Shown piece by piece: positions 45,447-55,434 of a DNA stretch of 64,000 nt; positions within the stretch are counted from its first letter, which is position 1, and every line of letters begins with the position of its first letter. The notes below the pieces were generated by a model. It made no database searches and was not told the origin of the DNA. It saw only the letters and a list, made by a program, of their open reading frames with translations. The stretch is from Chloroflexota bacterium (GTDB taxonomy: Bacteria; Chloroflexota; Anaerolineae; UBA2200). The DNA lies in contig JACIWX010000003.1 of assembly GCA_014360755.1 (NCBI GenBank), positions 283,678 to 347,677 on the forward strand, written 5' to 3'. A program made the translations under genes and the position numbers.

Positions 45447-47414
45447 ATGACAGACCAAAAATCTATAGACCCAGCGGTGTGCGATTTGCTGGAGATATGT
45501 GAATCCGAAGGCATTTCCACCGCTTTTGACCGCGCAGAGCAGATGAAACCATGCCCGATTGGTAGCAAAGGGGCTTGTTGCAAGAACTGCGCCATGGGTC
45601 CCTGCCGTCTCACCAAAGAGGGCCAAGTAGGCATTTGCGGAGCTACCATTGACACCGTCGCAGCGCGCAACTTTGCACGCATGGTTGCGGCTGGTTCGGC
45701 TGCCCATTCCGACCACGGTCGGGACATGGCGTTGACTCTTTTGGCAGCGGCTACAGGGCATGCTCCAGATTACAAGATACGCGATGTGCGCAAACTCTAT
45801 GAGGTTGCCTCATTCCTGGACGTGAAAACAGATGGCCGCCCAGTCAATGATATCGCTAAGGAGGTGGCTGAGAAGGCGCTGATTGAATTTGGCCGCCAGC
45901 AAGGGAATATCATCTACCTCCAACGCGCACCGCGTAAGCGTCAGCAAATTTGGCAAAACCTGGGCATTGCCCCACGCGGGATTGACCGCGAAGTGGTGGA
46001 TATCATGCACCGCACCCATGCTGGAAACGATCAGGATTATAAGAGTTTGCTGATGTCCTCGCTGCGCACTGCCCTGGCTGACGGCTGGGGTGGTTCGATG
46101 CTTTCCACCGACATTACGGACATCCTCTTTGGCTCTCCTGTGCCGCTTGCGGCCAGGGCGAACATGGGCAACCTTAGCGAAGACCAGGTGAACATTGTCG
46201 TCCATGGCCATGAGCCAACCCTGTCCGAAATGATCCTAGTGGCGGTCAATGACCCGGAGATGATCGAATATGCTAAATCCAAGGGCGCCAAAGGCATCAA
46301 CCTAACCGGCATTTGTTGTACCGCCAACGAAACGTTGATGCGTCAGGGCGTGCCCACTATTGGCAATTTCCTCAGCCAGGAACTGGCAATTGCCACCGGT
46401 GCGATAGACCTGATGGTGGTGGATATCCAGTGCATCATGCAAGCCTTGGCTCCTCTGACCAAGCAGTTCCATACCCTCTTGGTGACCACTTCTGCAAAGG
46501 CGCACATTGACGGTGTTACTCATATCGAATTCGACGAGCACCGCGCTCTGGAAATTGCCAAGAATATCGTCAAAATGGGCATTGACAATTTCGTCAACCG
46601 CGGGGATGTGCATATTCCCAAAGATATTGACCAAATGGTCGTTGGTTTCTCACACGAGTATATCAACTACGCCTTGGGCGGTTTTTACCGTGGTTCCTTC
46701 CGTCCCTTGAATGATGCCGTCATCCAGGGGCGGCTGCGCGGCGTTGCGGGGGTGGTGGGGTGCAATAATGCGCGCACTTGCCAGGATGCAGCCCATACGT
46801 ATATTGTGCGCGAACTGATCAAGAACGATGTGCTAGTCGTGATGACTGGGTGCGGAGCAATCGCTTGCGCCAAATATGGCTTCCTGTCTCCGGAGGCAGC
46901 GCAGTACGCCGGACCAGGCTTGCGCGAGATCTGCGAGGCGGTGGGCATCCCGCCGGTGCTGCATATGGGCAGTTGCGTGGATAACACGCGTATCCTCACT
47001 GTGCTCAGCCAAATGGCCACCGAAGGCGGCTTGGGCGAAGACATTGCTGACATCCCAGGCGTTGGCTTTGCCCCGGAATGGATGAGTGAAAAAGCTATTT
47101 CCATTGGTTGTTACTTTGTCGGTTCTGGCGTATACACCATCTTTGGCAGCGAATCGCCTGTAGCCAACAGCCCCGCTGTGGTGCGCTTTATGAGCGAGGG
47201 TTGGGAAGAACACGTGGGCGGCAAGTTGGAATTTATCCCTGATCCAGAGGAAGCCGTCCGCAAAGCCTTGGAGCACATTGATAAGAAACGCGCTGCTCTA
47301 GGGTTAGTAGAGTACGACCCCACACGTTATGGTCAGAGCGGCGATGCGCTTATGCTCAAGCTGCTAGAGAAGGTAGAAGAGGGGACGCTCAACCTATACA
47401 GCGCCAAGTTATAG
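45447..47414 (+). CDS. cooS: Anaerobic Ni-Fe carbon monoxide dehydrogenase catalytic subunit (AcsA)
   Basis: CPIG..G.CC..C..GPC, HSDHGR, HGHEP, CCTANE, DIQC, GCNN, TGC, GSCVDN, SEKA: all expected cluster ligand motifs present. Confidence 0.96.
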   Translation: MTDQKSIDPAVCDLLEICESEGISTAFDRAEQMKPCPIGSKGACCKNCAMGPCRLTKEGQVGICGATIDTVAARNFARMVAAGSAAHSDHGRDMALTLLAAATGHAPDYKIRDVRKLYEVASFLDVKTDGRPVNDIAKEVAEKALIEFGRQQGNIIYLQRAPRKRQQIWQNLGIAPRGIDREVVDIMHRTHAGNDQDYKSLLMSSLRTALADGWGGSMLSTDITDILFGSPVPLAARANMGNLSEDQVNIVVHGHEPTLSEMILVAVNDPEMIEYAKSKGAKGINLTGICCTANETLMRQGVPTIGNFLSQELAIATGAIDLMVVDIQCIMQALAPLTKQFHTLLVTTSAKAHIDGVTHIEFDEHRALEIAKNIVKMGIDNFVNRGDVHIPKDIDQMVVGFSHEYINYALGGFYRGSFRPLNDAVIQGRLRGVAGVVGCNNARTCQDAAHTYIVRELIKNDVLVVMTGCGAIACAKYGFLSPEAAQYAGPGLREICEAVGIPPVLHMGSCVDNTRILTVLSQMATEGGLGEDIADIPGVGFAPEWMSEKAISIGCYFVGSGVYTIFGSESPVANSPAVVRFMSEGWEEHVGGKLEFIPDPEEAVRKALEHIDKKRAALGLVEYDPTRYGQSGDALMLKLLEKVEEGTLNLYSAKL

Positions 47415-47498
47415 ATTCAATAACCCGCCAGCTTTCGATCTGATGATGTAGCCTGCTGGCGGAAACCACCCTAATCAACGGAGAGAAGGAGAGCATCT

Positions 47499-49781
47499 AT
47501 GTCAAGGTATATTGCAACCCGTGCTATTCGCGGCGCGAATCTGATCGTTGCCGAAGCCGAGAGGATGCTGAAAGAGGCTATTGCAGAACTGGGGCCAGAT
47601 ACGCCGGTCAAATTTACCAACACCGCTTATTATCTCCCCGTTATCCTGGCTTTCACCGGGCGTGAGGTGAGCAAACTGGGTGACCTTGTGCCCGTTATTG
47701 AGGATGCAAAGCGGATTTTACATCCTATCCCGGGCGATAAACTGTGGTTACCCTACCTTGGCGAGACGCTGGACTGCGGTATGGCCACGCTCCTCGCTGA
47801 GGAAGCCATCGAGGGCATCCGCTTCGCGCGTGGTCTGGAGCCACAACCGATTACCTGGGAGGGCAGTTATATCCCCAGCACCAGTTTCACCTCCCCTGAT
47901 ATGGAAGCACAAGCCGGGAAGCGCCTCAATGGGCCTATTGATGACATTCAATTGCGCGCTTGGGGCATTCAACTGGTAGATGGCCGCATGCCCGGCTTTG
48001 CTGCGATCGTTGGCTGCGCCAAGAGCAATGAAGTAGCAGTGCAAATTGTGCGCGAACTGCAGCAGCGCAACATCCTCGTCTTCCTGTGTGGCAACGTCAA
48101 TGGACGCAGTATTATCCACCAATTGATGGAAGAAGGGGTCGAGATGGGTTATGACACCTATATCATCCCCTTCGGTACGGACACCATCGCTGCGATCTAC
48201 CCTCTCGGTTTTGCCGCACGCAGTGCACTGACCTTTGGCGGGCTGAAACCAGGCCAGGCGCGCGAAATCCTCCTGTATAACAAGTACCGTGTTTTCGCCT
48301 TTGTGTTAGCCCTGGGTGAAGTAGATGACCTGAAATACGCCACTGCTGCAGGTGCAATTAACTATGGCTTCCCGACGATTGCCGATACCGTGATCCCCCA
48401 GATATTGCCTACCGGCGTTACAACCTACGAGCATGTCATCAGCATGCCCTTTGATGACATCGAGGGGAAAGACGACCTGGAACGTGCGAAGAAGCTGGTG
48501 CAACGCTGCATCGAAGTGCGCGGGGTGAAAATTAAGATCACCGAAGTGCCCATTCCCGTGCCCTATGGTTCTGCCTTTGAAGGCGAACGTGTGCGCAAGG
48601 CAGATATGCGCGTGGAATTTGGCGGCAAGTACAGTCGCTGCTTCGAGTACTTGAAGATGTCCGACTTTGACGCGGTGGAAGATGGCAAGATCACCGTGGT
48701 CGGGCCCGGTTTCGAAGATGTGCCGCCAGAGGGTTCGATGGACATGGGCATTGTGGTCGAAGTAGCCGGGCGCAAAATGCAGGAGGACTTTGAGCCTGTG
48801 CTGGAGCGGCAAATTCACTACTTCATCAATGGCGCATCTGGCATCCAGCACATTGGCCAGCGCGATATCGCCTGGATCCGCATCAGCAAAGCGGCAGCAG
48901 AGAAGGGCTTTAAGCTGGAACACTTTGGGAAAATTCTGTATGCCCGCTTCCATGGGGACTTTGGCGCCATTGTGGACAAAGTGCAGGTTACCATCTACAC
49001 TGACAAAGCCAAGATGGAGGAGTGGCTAGCGAAAGCACGCGAAGCCTACGATCGCCGCAACAGGCGTCTGGCAGATATGACTGATGAGTCGGTAGAAGAA
49101 TTCTACAGTTGTACTCTGTGCCAGAGCTTTGCCCCCAACCATGTCTGCGTTGTGTCACCAGAACGACTGGGGCTGTGTGGCGCGTACAACTGGCTGGATT
49201 GCAAAGCCTCCCATCAGATTAACCCTACCGGGCCGAATCAACCCATCCGAAAAGGTACTTGCGAGGACCCTGTTTATGGCATTTTCAGCGGGGTGAATGA
49301 ATTCGTATACCAGCATTCTCATCAGTCCGTGCAGCAGGTTTCCATGTACTCCATCATGGTGAACCCCATGACCGCCTGCGGCTGCTTCGAATGCATTGCG
49401 ATGGTCATCCCCGAAGCCAATGGCATTATGGTCGTTTCCCGCGAAGACCCGAGCATGACCCCTGCTGGCATGACCTTCTCCACGCTGGCTGGCATGGCGG
49501 GTGGTGGATTGCAGACACCTGGCGTGATGGGGCATGGCAAGTATTATCTGACAAGCAAAAAGTTCATTTCTGCGGATGGTGGCTTCAAGCGCGTGGTTTG
49601 GATGTCTTCCTTCCTCAAAGAGACCATGGCTGAGGAGCTCAAGGCGGTTGCCGAGCGCGAGGGCGACCCAGATCTCATTGACAAGATCGCTGATGAACGG
49701 GTAGCGACCACTGTAGATGAGTTATTGCCCTACCTGGAGGAGAAGGGGCATCCTGCGTTGACCATGCCGCCGTTGTTCTAA
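47499..49781 (+). CDS. acsB: Acetyl-CoA synthase
   Basis: NTAYYLP, DFEPVLER..H, CTLCQSFAPNHVC, ERLGLCGA, MTACGCFEC. Confidence 0.96.
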   Translation: MSRYIATRAIRGANLIVAEAERMLKEAIAELGPDTPVKFTNTAYYLPVILAFTGREVSKLGDLVPVIEDAKRILHPIPGDKLWLPYLGETLDCGMATLLAEEAIEGIRFARGLEPQPITWEGSYIPSTSFTSPDMEAQAGKRLNGPIDDIQLRAWGIQLVDGRMPGFAAIVGCAKSNEVAVQIVRELQQRNILVFLCGNVNGRSIIHQLMEEGVEMGYDTYIIPFGTDTIAAIYPLGFAARSALTFGGLKPGQAREILLYNKYRVFAFVLALGEVDDLKYATAAGAINYGFPTIADTVIPQILPTGVTTYEHVISMPFDDIEGKDDLERAKKLVQRCIEVRGVKIKITEVPIPVPYGSAFEGERVRKADMRVEFGGKYSRCFEYLKMSDFDAVEDGKITVVGPGFEDVPPEGSMDMGIVVEVAGRKMQEDFEPVLERQIHYFINGASGIQHIGQRDIAWIRISKAAAEKGFKLEHFGKILYARFHGDFGAIVDKVQVTIYTDKAKMEEWLAKAREAYDRRNRRLADMTDESVEEFYSCTLCQSFAPNHVCVVSPERLGLCGAYNWLDCKASHQINPTGPNQPIRKGTCEDPVYGIFSGVNEFVYQHSHQSVQQVSMYSIMVNPMTACGCFECIAMVIPEANGIMVVSREDPSMTPAGMTFSTLAGMAGGGLQTPGVMGHGKYYLTSKKFISADGGFKRVVWMSSFLKETMAEELKAVAEREGDPDLIDKIADERVATTVDELLPYLEEKGHPALTMPPLF

Positions 49782-49911
49782 ATCAGAGTGGCAAGCTTGG
49801 CTCCCACACTGCACTTCATCTACGGAGTAAGAGGAGCCCAGGCAGCGTGAAAATCATATCGCCTAGACACGGTACACTGCTAAGTTTGAAAAATCTAAGG
49901 AGATGTAGAGA

Positions 49912-50298
49912 ATGGCTGAATTCGTTAAGGATCTGATGCGTCATGGGGCTGTTACTTGTGGTTTGGATACCACCGTTAAAGAAATTGCCCAAATCATGGT
50001 GTTTAACCGCATTCGCTATGTCGTTGTAACGGATGATCATGGAGCCGTCGCTGGCATTATCTCAGCGCGCAGTATTCTGAAGGCATGGGGCAAAGATTTG
50101 GAAAAGACCACGGCAAAAGATATCCTTCTACCGTACACGATCACGACCACTCCTGACACACCTCTTGCAGAAGCCATTAAGCTCATGCAGCAGAGGCGTA
50201 TCCAGCATTTAGTTATTGTCAGCGACAGCCCACGACCCAAGCGAGTGGTAGGTATCTTGAGTGCTTCCGATATTGTCCGGTATATGGCCAGAACCTAA
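49912..50298 (+). CDS. Stand-alone CBS-pair protein 1
   Basis: Two CBS repeats (VKDLM..GIIS; ..GILS.SD). Confidence 0.88.
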   Translation: MAEFVKDLMRHGAVTCGLDTTVKEIAQIMVFNRIRYVVVTDDHGAVAGIISARSILKAWGKDLEKTTAKDILLPYTITTTPDTPLAEAIKLMQQRRIQHLVIVSDSPRPKRVVGILSASDIVRYMART

Positions 50299-50347
50299 AA
50301 AACCGATAGAGAGATGGAGTGCAAATAGGCTCATGATGGAGGAGAAA

Positions 50348-50764
50348 ATGGCTTTGGTTAGAGATTATATGCATCGTGGAGTGATCACTTGCCATTTGGA
50401 CACTCCGGTCAAAGAAATTGCCAAGATTATGGATGCCAATAACATCCGCAGTGTAGTGGTTACCGATGACCGTGGTGAAGTGTGGGGGATTGTTTCACTC
50501 ATCAGCATCCTCAAAGCGTGGGGGAAAGACTTGGAAAAGCTGACCGCCGAGGATATCCTGCAACCATACACCGTTACTATTTCCCCAGAGTCGCCGATCG
50601 AAGAGGCAGTAAAACTGCTGCAGAAGAAAAGGATCGAGCACTTGGTGATTGTTCATCCTGGAGTGGTGCGGCGAGCCGTGGGCATTCTCACGACCTTTGA
50701 CATTATTCAGCACATGGCTGGGATGCCTGCAGGTACCTACCGCGCAAGTATGCAATTGGGATAA
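50348..50764 (+). CDS. Stand-alone CBS-pair protein 2
   Basis: VRDYMHRGVITC..GIVS..GILTTFD; paralog of protein 1. Confidence 0.88.
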   Translation: MALVRDYMHRGVITCHLDTPVKEIAKIMDANNIRSVVVTDDRGEVWGIVSLISILKAWGKDLEKLTAEDILQPYTVTISPESPIEEAVKLLQKKRIEHLVIVHPGVVRRAVGILTTFDIIQHMAGMPAGTYRASMQLG

Positions 50765-50817
50765 CAAGGCGATCGAGAAGGGATTGCTCGAGGGTTTTGG
50801 ATGAAGGGAGCAGGGTT

Positions 50818-51243
50818 ATGGCAATGAACGCAAAAGAAAAAATGATGGAAAAGCGAGTGGAAGATGTCATGCACTATGGCGTGATCACTTGCCGCACGGA
50901 CACCCTGCTGAAAGAGGTGGTGCGCATCATCACAGACACTGATGTGCATGCCCTGGTTGTCATCCACGACAATGGCAATGTTGCTGGCATCGTCTCACAC
51001 ATGGATTTGCTCCGGCTGTACGGCCACAACTTGCTCGAATACAAGGCAGAGGACGTGATGACGCCCAATGTCATTACCATCAGCCCAGAGGCAACTGTCA
51101 AAGAAGCGGTGGACTTGATGCTGAAGCACAATATCCGCCGGCTCCTGGTCACGGAAAAGACACCCGAGGGCGAGCGCCCCATAGGCGTGATATCCACAAC
51201 TGATGTAATCAGGGACATGCGCGAGCAGCCCTGGTTTTGGTAA
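50818..51243 (+). CDS. Stand-alone CBS-pair protein 3
   Basis: VEDVMHYGVITC..GIVSHMD..GVISTTD. Confidence 0.88.
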   Translation: MAMNAKEKMMEKRVEDVMHYGVITCRTDTLLKEVVRIITDTDVHALVVIHDNGNVAGIVSHMDLLRLYGHNLLEYKAEDVMTPNVITISPEATVKEAVDLMLKHNIRRLLVTEKTPEGERPIGVISTTDVIRDMREQPWFW

Positions 51244-51308
51244 AAGGAGAGGCAGGATGCAGGATGATATCCTGCATCTTGTATCTTTGGGAAAGGAGAC
51301 ATTGCACA

Positions 51309-52277
51309 ATGCCCATGGCAGTAGAAATCCCGAAAGAGAAATGGACAGGCAAAGTTAGAGAAGTAAAATTGGGTGCGACCGCTGCCGAAGGAGGCACGCG
51401 GCAAAAGACCGTAACGGTGGGCGGAGAGAGTACCCTACCCTTTCTCACGTTCGAAGGGGATATGCCCAATCCACCTGCTATTGCCGTCGAAGTACAGGAT
51501 CGCTATCCCAGTGACTGGTCTGCCGTCCTGAAAGCAGCGTGGGGAGATGTCCTGAATGACCCCGCCGCTTGGGCAAAAAAGGCGGAAGAATATGGTGCCG
51601 ATATCGTTGCCCTCAAACTGCAGAGTGCCCACCCTGAGGCTGGCAATACAGACGCGGCACATGCTGCCGCCACGGTAAAGGCAGTACTGGCTGCCACCGG
51701 GCTGCCTTTGATTGTCTATGGCCCAGGACAAGCCGAGAAGGACAATGAAGTATTGGTAGCCGCCGCAGAAGCGGCAAAGGGCGAGCGCATTGCCTTGGGC
51801 AACTGCGAGGACAAAAACTATCGCACTATCGTAGCGGCAGCCCTAGCACATGGCCACTTAGTGGTCGCCAAGACCCCTATTGACGTCAACCTAGCGAAAC
51901 AATTGAATATCCTCATTAGCGATATGCGCTTGGATCTCGACCGGATCCTGATGGATCCAACTACGGGTGCGTTGGGCTATGGCTTGGAATATACGTACTC
52001 GGTTATGGAGCGCCTTCGCTTGGCGGCGTTGACCGGCGACAGCATGACCCAGCAGCCAATGATCTGCACGGTGGGCGAAGAAGCCTGGCGTGCCAAAGAG
52101 AGCAAGGTGAACGAGGGCGTGCCTGCTGCCTGGGGGGATTGGGAGCGCCGCAGCAAGAATTGGGAAGTGCTTACTGCCAGCACGCTGATCCAGGCAGGAG
52201 CGGACATCGTCGTGTTGCGCCATCCGGAAAGCATCCAGTTAGTCAAACAAGCCATTTCGCAGTGGATGGCGCGGTAA
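51309..52277 (+). CDS. acsD: Corrinoid iron-sulfur protein small subunit
   Basis: VGGESTLPF, PIDVNLAKQLN, MDPTTGALGYGLEYTYSVMER.RLAAL. Confidence 0.94.
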   Translation: MPMAVEIPKEKWTGKVREVKLGATAAEGGTRQKTVTVGGESTLPFLTFEGDMPNPPAIAVEVQDRYPSDWSAVLKAAWGDVLNDPAAWAKKAEEYGADIVALKLQSAHPEAGNTDAAHAAATVKAVLAATGLPLIVYGPGQAEKDNEVLVAAAEAAKGERIALGNCEDKNYRTIVAAALAHGHLVVAKTPIDVNLAKQLNILISDMRLDLDRILMDPTTGALGYGLEYTYSVMERLRLAALTGDSMTQQPMICTVGEEAWRAKESKVNEGVPAAWGDWERRSKNWEVLTASTLIQAGADIVVLRHPESIQLVKQAISQWMAR

Positions 52278-52355
52278 GGGATCACTCTTTGCTCCCCTAT
52301 CTGCAGAAGGCACTCACTTGCGAGCACTTATCATCCACAGACAAGGAGTAAAAAT

Positions 52356-53702
52356 ATGGGACTGAGCGGGCTTGAAATTTACAAGCTGTTACCCAAAACC
52401 AATTGCAAAGAATGCGGCCAGCCTACTTGCTTGGCTTTTGCGATGAAATTAGCCGCCAAGCAGGCTGAACTGTCGGCTTGCCCTTACGTTTCTGAAGAAT
52501 CAAAAGCCAAACTTGCAGCCGCCGCCGCCCCGCCAATTCGCTTGGTCACAATTGGCACAGGGGACAAGAAATTGGAAATCGGCAATGAAACCGTGCTCTT
52601 CCGCCACGACAAAACCTTCTACCATCCGCCGGGACTGTTCATCCGCCTCAAAGATACCATGCCGCTTTCAGAGTTTGAGGCAATGGTGGAACGCATCCGT
52701 GACTGGGGAGTCGAACGGGTTGGCATTCCACTGTGGGTAACCGGCGTGGCGGTCGAAAATACGTCAGGTGATGCAGAAACTTTCGCCAAGTACGTCGCTG
52801 TAGCGCAGGAGAAAATGGCGCGGCCGCTCGTTCTTATCGCTTCGAACCCCGCTTCTATGGCTGCAGCCCTGCAACAGACAGATGGTTCTGCCCCTCTGGT
52901 CTATGCTGCCACGGCGGACAACTGGCAAGCAATGGCGGAATTGGCTGCGAAGCACAAAGCGCCCATTGCAGTGCGGGGCAATGGCGATCTGGGTGGGCTG
53001 GCAGATCTGGCGGAAAAAGTCAAGGGCGCGGGCGTGGAGGACATCGTCCTCGATCCGGGCATTCGTGATCCGCACGGCACACTGGTAGCGCTCACCCAGT
53101 TGCGCCGCCTCGCCTTGAAGAGCAACTTCCGCCCCCTGGGTTATCCGATTATCACCTTCCCCGGTGAAGGGGCAAATTCCGAAGAGGAAGAAGCCATTCA
53201 GGCTGCCCAGCATATCGCCAAATATGCGGGTGTGATTGTCCTCGATCACTTTGACCCAGCCACGGTCTACCCGCTGATGACACTGCGGCAAAACATCTAT
53301 ACCGACCCGCAAAAACCCATCCAAGTGAGCCCTGGCCTGTACGAGATCTCCAATCCTACTCCCGATTCGCCGCTGCTGGTGACCACCAATTTCTCCCTCA
53401 CCTATTTCAGTGTCGCAGGCGAGGTAGAGGGAAGCGGAAAGCCCACCTGGTTGCTCATTGTGGATTCGGAAGGCATGTCGGTGCTAACTGGCTGGGCTGC
53501 GGGGAAATTTGATGCGGAGAAAATTGCCAAGTCAGTACAGCAGTTCAACGTGCCCAGCAAAATTAGCCACAAGAAAATTGTTATCCCCGGCCTCGTGGCG
53601 AGCATCTCGGGTGAATTGGAGGAGGAACTGCCCGGCTGGGAAGTCCGTGTTGGGCCACGTGAAGCGATAGACATACCTGCTTACCTAAAGACTTGGAACT
53701 GA
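52356..53702 (+). CDS. acsC: Corrinoid iron-sulfur protein large subunit
   Basis: LPKTNCKECGQPTCLAFAM..CP, LFRHDKTF, IYTDPQKP, TTNFSLTYF, GPREA. Confidence 0.96.
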   Translation: MGLSGLEIYKLLPKTNCKECGQPTCLAFAMKLAAKQAELSACPYVSEESKAKLAAAAAPPIRLVTIGTGDKKLEIGNETVLFRHDKTFYHPPGLFIRLKDTMPLSEFEAMVERIRDWGVERVGIPLWVTGVAVENTSGDAETFAKYVAVAQEKMARPLVLIASNPASMAAALQQTDGSAPLVYAATADNWQAMAELAAKHKAPIAVRGNGDLGGLADLAEKVKGAGVEDIVLDPGIRDPHGTLVALTQLRRLALKSNFRPLGYPIITFPGEGANSEEEEAIQAAQHIAKYAGVIVLDHFDPATVYPLMTLRQNIYTDPQKPIQVSPGLYEISNPTPDSPLLVTTNFSLTYFSVAGEVEGSGKPTWLLIVDSEGMSVLTGWAAGKFDAEKIAKSVQQFNVPSKISHKKIVIPGLVASISGELEEELPGWEVRVGPREAIDIPAYLKTWN

Positions 53703-53748
53703 TTGGCTAGAGTTTTTCATGACCAAATCCCAATGATCAGACTCCATA

Positions 53749-54834
53749 TTGGAGTCTGGTCATTGGGAGTCCTACTCGGGAGCAGAGTCCGTGCTATATT
53801 TTGTGTCCGTAAAGTTAGCCCTGGGCTATCTGCTTTTCTCCTTCCTGTCCGCCCTAGGGATCCTGCAGTTGGTTGCTACGCGTTATCGTTTGCGCGGCTT
53901 GGCTTTTCTCGATCATGCGCAGCACGGCGCGAAAGGTTACGCCCTGGCTGCATTGCTGATCGTCTGCGGGGCGTTGCTCTTTTTCGCAGGGCAATGGCAC
54001 GCTATTCTCACGCCAGGACCGGCCGGTAGCGAACTGGCTTTCCTTTTTGGACTCAGCGCCACGGGAGCGCTAGCGGTTACCTGTATTGTTACATCCATTG
54101 TACAAAAACGGCGTCCTGGTTTCCTGACACAAGCCATTACTGACCAAGGCGAGACAGTAACGGTCGGACGTGGAACAGGACGCCTTTACCTACCACATAA
54201 CCTGAACGCTCCTGCACCTGCTGTGGTCCTTGTGCCAGGTTTGAACAACAATGAAGGGGACCTCACGATCCTGGCACACCAAATGGCAGAGGAGGGCTTC
54301 GCTGCGCTGGTGATTTGCCTGGATAGAGGATCGTGTTTGTATCCGGAGGTACTGACCATTGTGCCAGCAGCCATATCCATGCTTAGTAAGCGACCTGAAA
54401 TAGATGAACAGCGGCTGGGCATTGTAGGGCATGGTTTGGGCGGGGATCTCGCTATCCGCGCAGCGAGTACGGATAAGCAAATCAAAGCAGTGGCGGCTTT
54501 GGCTCCTGTCCTTGTGGAGGTGCAGCCAAGCCTGGATTTGTTGCGCGAAATGCCCTATCTAGAGGCATTGCGCTGGGCACGAGACCGGAGCCGCGCTAAC
54601 TTGCGCGCTGCATTGAACGCGCTCGAATACGGAAGCAGGATTGCTCCTAGGTCCTTCCTCCTGTTGTATGGAGCAGAGGACCGCTTGGTAAGCAGAACAC
54701 CCACGGAAGCGTGGCAAGCGCAACAAGCCACCTCCATGCGTTTGGAAGTGATCGAAGGTGTGGGGCATTTTGATCTGGTAAAGCATCCGGTAGCGGTGCG
54801 AGTCCTGATACAGTGGTTGAGGGAGCATCTGTAA
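53749..54834 (+). CDS. Membrane-anchored alpha/beta-hydrolase-fold protein lacking the nucleophile Ser
   Basis: Three N-terminal TM segments; GIVGHGLGG elbow, YGAEDRLV, GVGH. Start uncertain. Confidence 0.75.
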   Translation: MESGHWESYSGAESVLYFVSVKLALGYLLFSFLSALGILQLVATRYRLRGLAFLDHAQHGAKGYALAALLIVCGALLFFAGQWHAILTPGPAGSELAFLFGLSATGALAVTCIVTSIVQKRRPGFLTQAITDQGETVTVGRGTGRLYLPHNLNAPAPAVVLVPGLNNNEGDLTILAHQMAEEGFAALVICLDRGSCLYPEVLTIVPAAISMLSKRPEIDEQRLGIVGHGLGGDLAIRAASTDKQIKAVAALAPVLVEVQPSLDLLREMPYLEALRWARDRSRANLRAALNALEYGSRIAPRSFLLLYGAEDRLVSRTPTEAWQAQQATSMRLEVIEGVGHFDLVKHPVAVRVLIQWLREHL

Positions 54835-54838
54835 ACGC

Positions 54839-55417
54839 ATGGCTATTGATTGGGCTCTGTTTCAATTCGCCAATGGGCTGGCAGGCCGTTCGCCTATTCT
54901 CGATCGCATCATCCAGATACTCATGAATGACTATGCCTTGACCACGGCGATGGTGCTGGTGCTGTTTGCGTTGTGGTTCAGCGGCAGCAGTCTAGAAGCA
55001 CGAGAGCGGAATCAGCGTGCTGTGCTTTCCACTATCGTTGCCGTTTTGCTGGCTAACCTTATCGTCAAGGCATGCAACTTGATCTTCTATCGGCCGCGTC
55101 CTTTTGCCTATCACGAGGTAACGCTGCTGTTCTACCATCCATCGGACTCTTCTTTTCCCAGCAACGCGGCTACGGTGGGCTTCTGCATTGCGGCTTCTGT
55201 CTGGCTGTTTAACCACAAGGCGGGCTTTCTTTTGTACACCCTGTCTTGTCTGCTTGCCCTGGCACGGGTATGCGGCGGCGTGCACTATCCCAGCGACATC
55301 CTGGGTGGGCTGTTGGTCAGCACGTTTTCCGCATGGCTAGTGATTAGGAAATGGCACTTCCTAGACCGCTGGTGGATGGCGATCATCCACTGGCTACGAC
55401 GCTGGTTATTGGCTTGA
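54839..55417 (+). CDS. PAP2-family membrane phosphatase (BcrC/undecaprenyl-diphosphatase-like)
   Basis: K......RPRP, SFPS, ARV..GVHYPSD. Confidence 0.85.
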   Translation: MAIDWALFQFANGLAGRSPILDRIIQILMNDYALTTAMVLVLFALWFSGSSLEARERNQRAVLSTIVAVLLANLIVKACNLIFYRPRPFAYHEVTLLFYHPSDSSFPSNAATVGFCIAASVWLFNHKAGFLLYTLSCLLALARVCGGVHYPSDILGGLLVSTFSAWLVIRKWHFLDRWWMAIIHWLRRWLLA

Positions 55418-55434
55418 GGCATACGTTACGCAAG

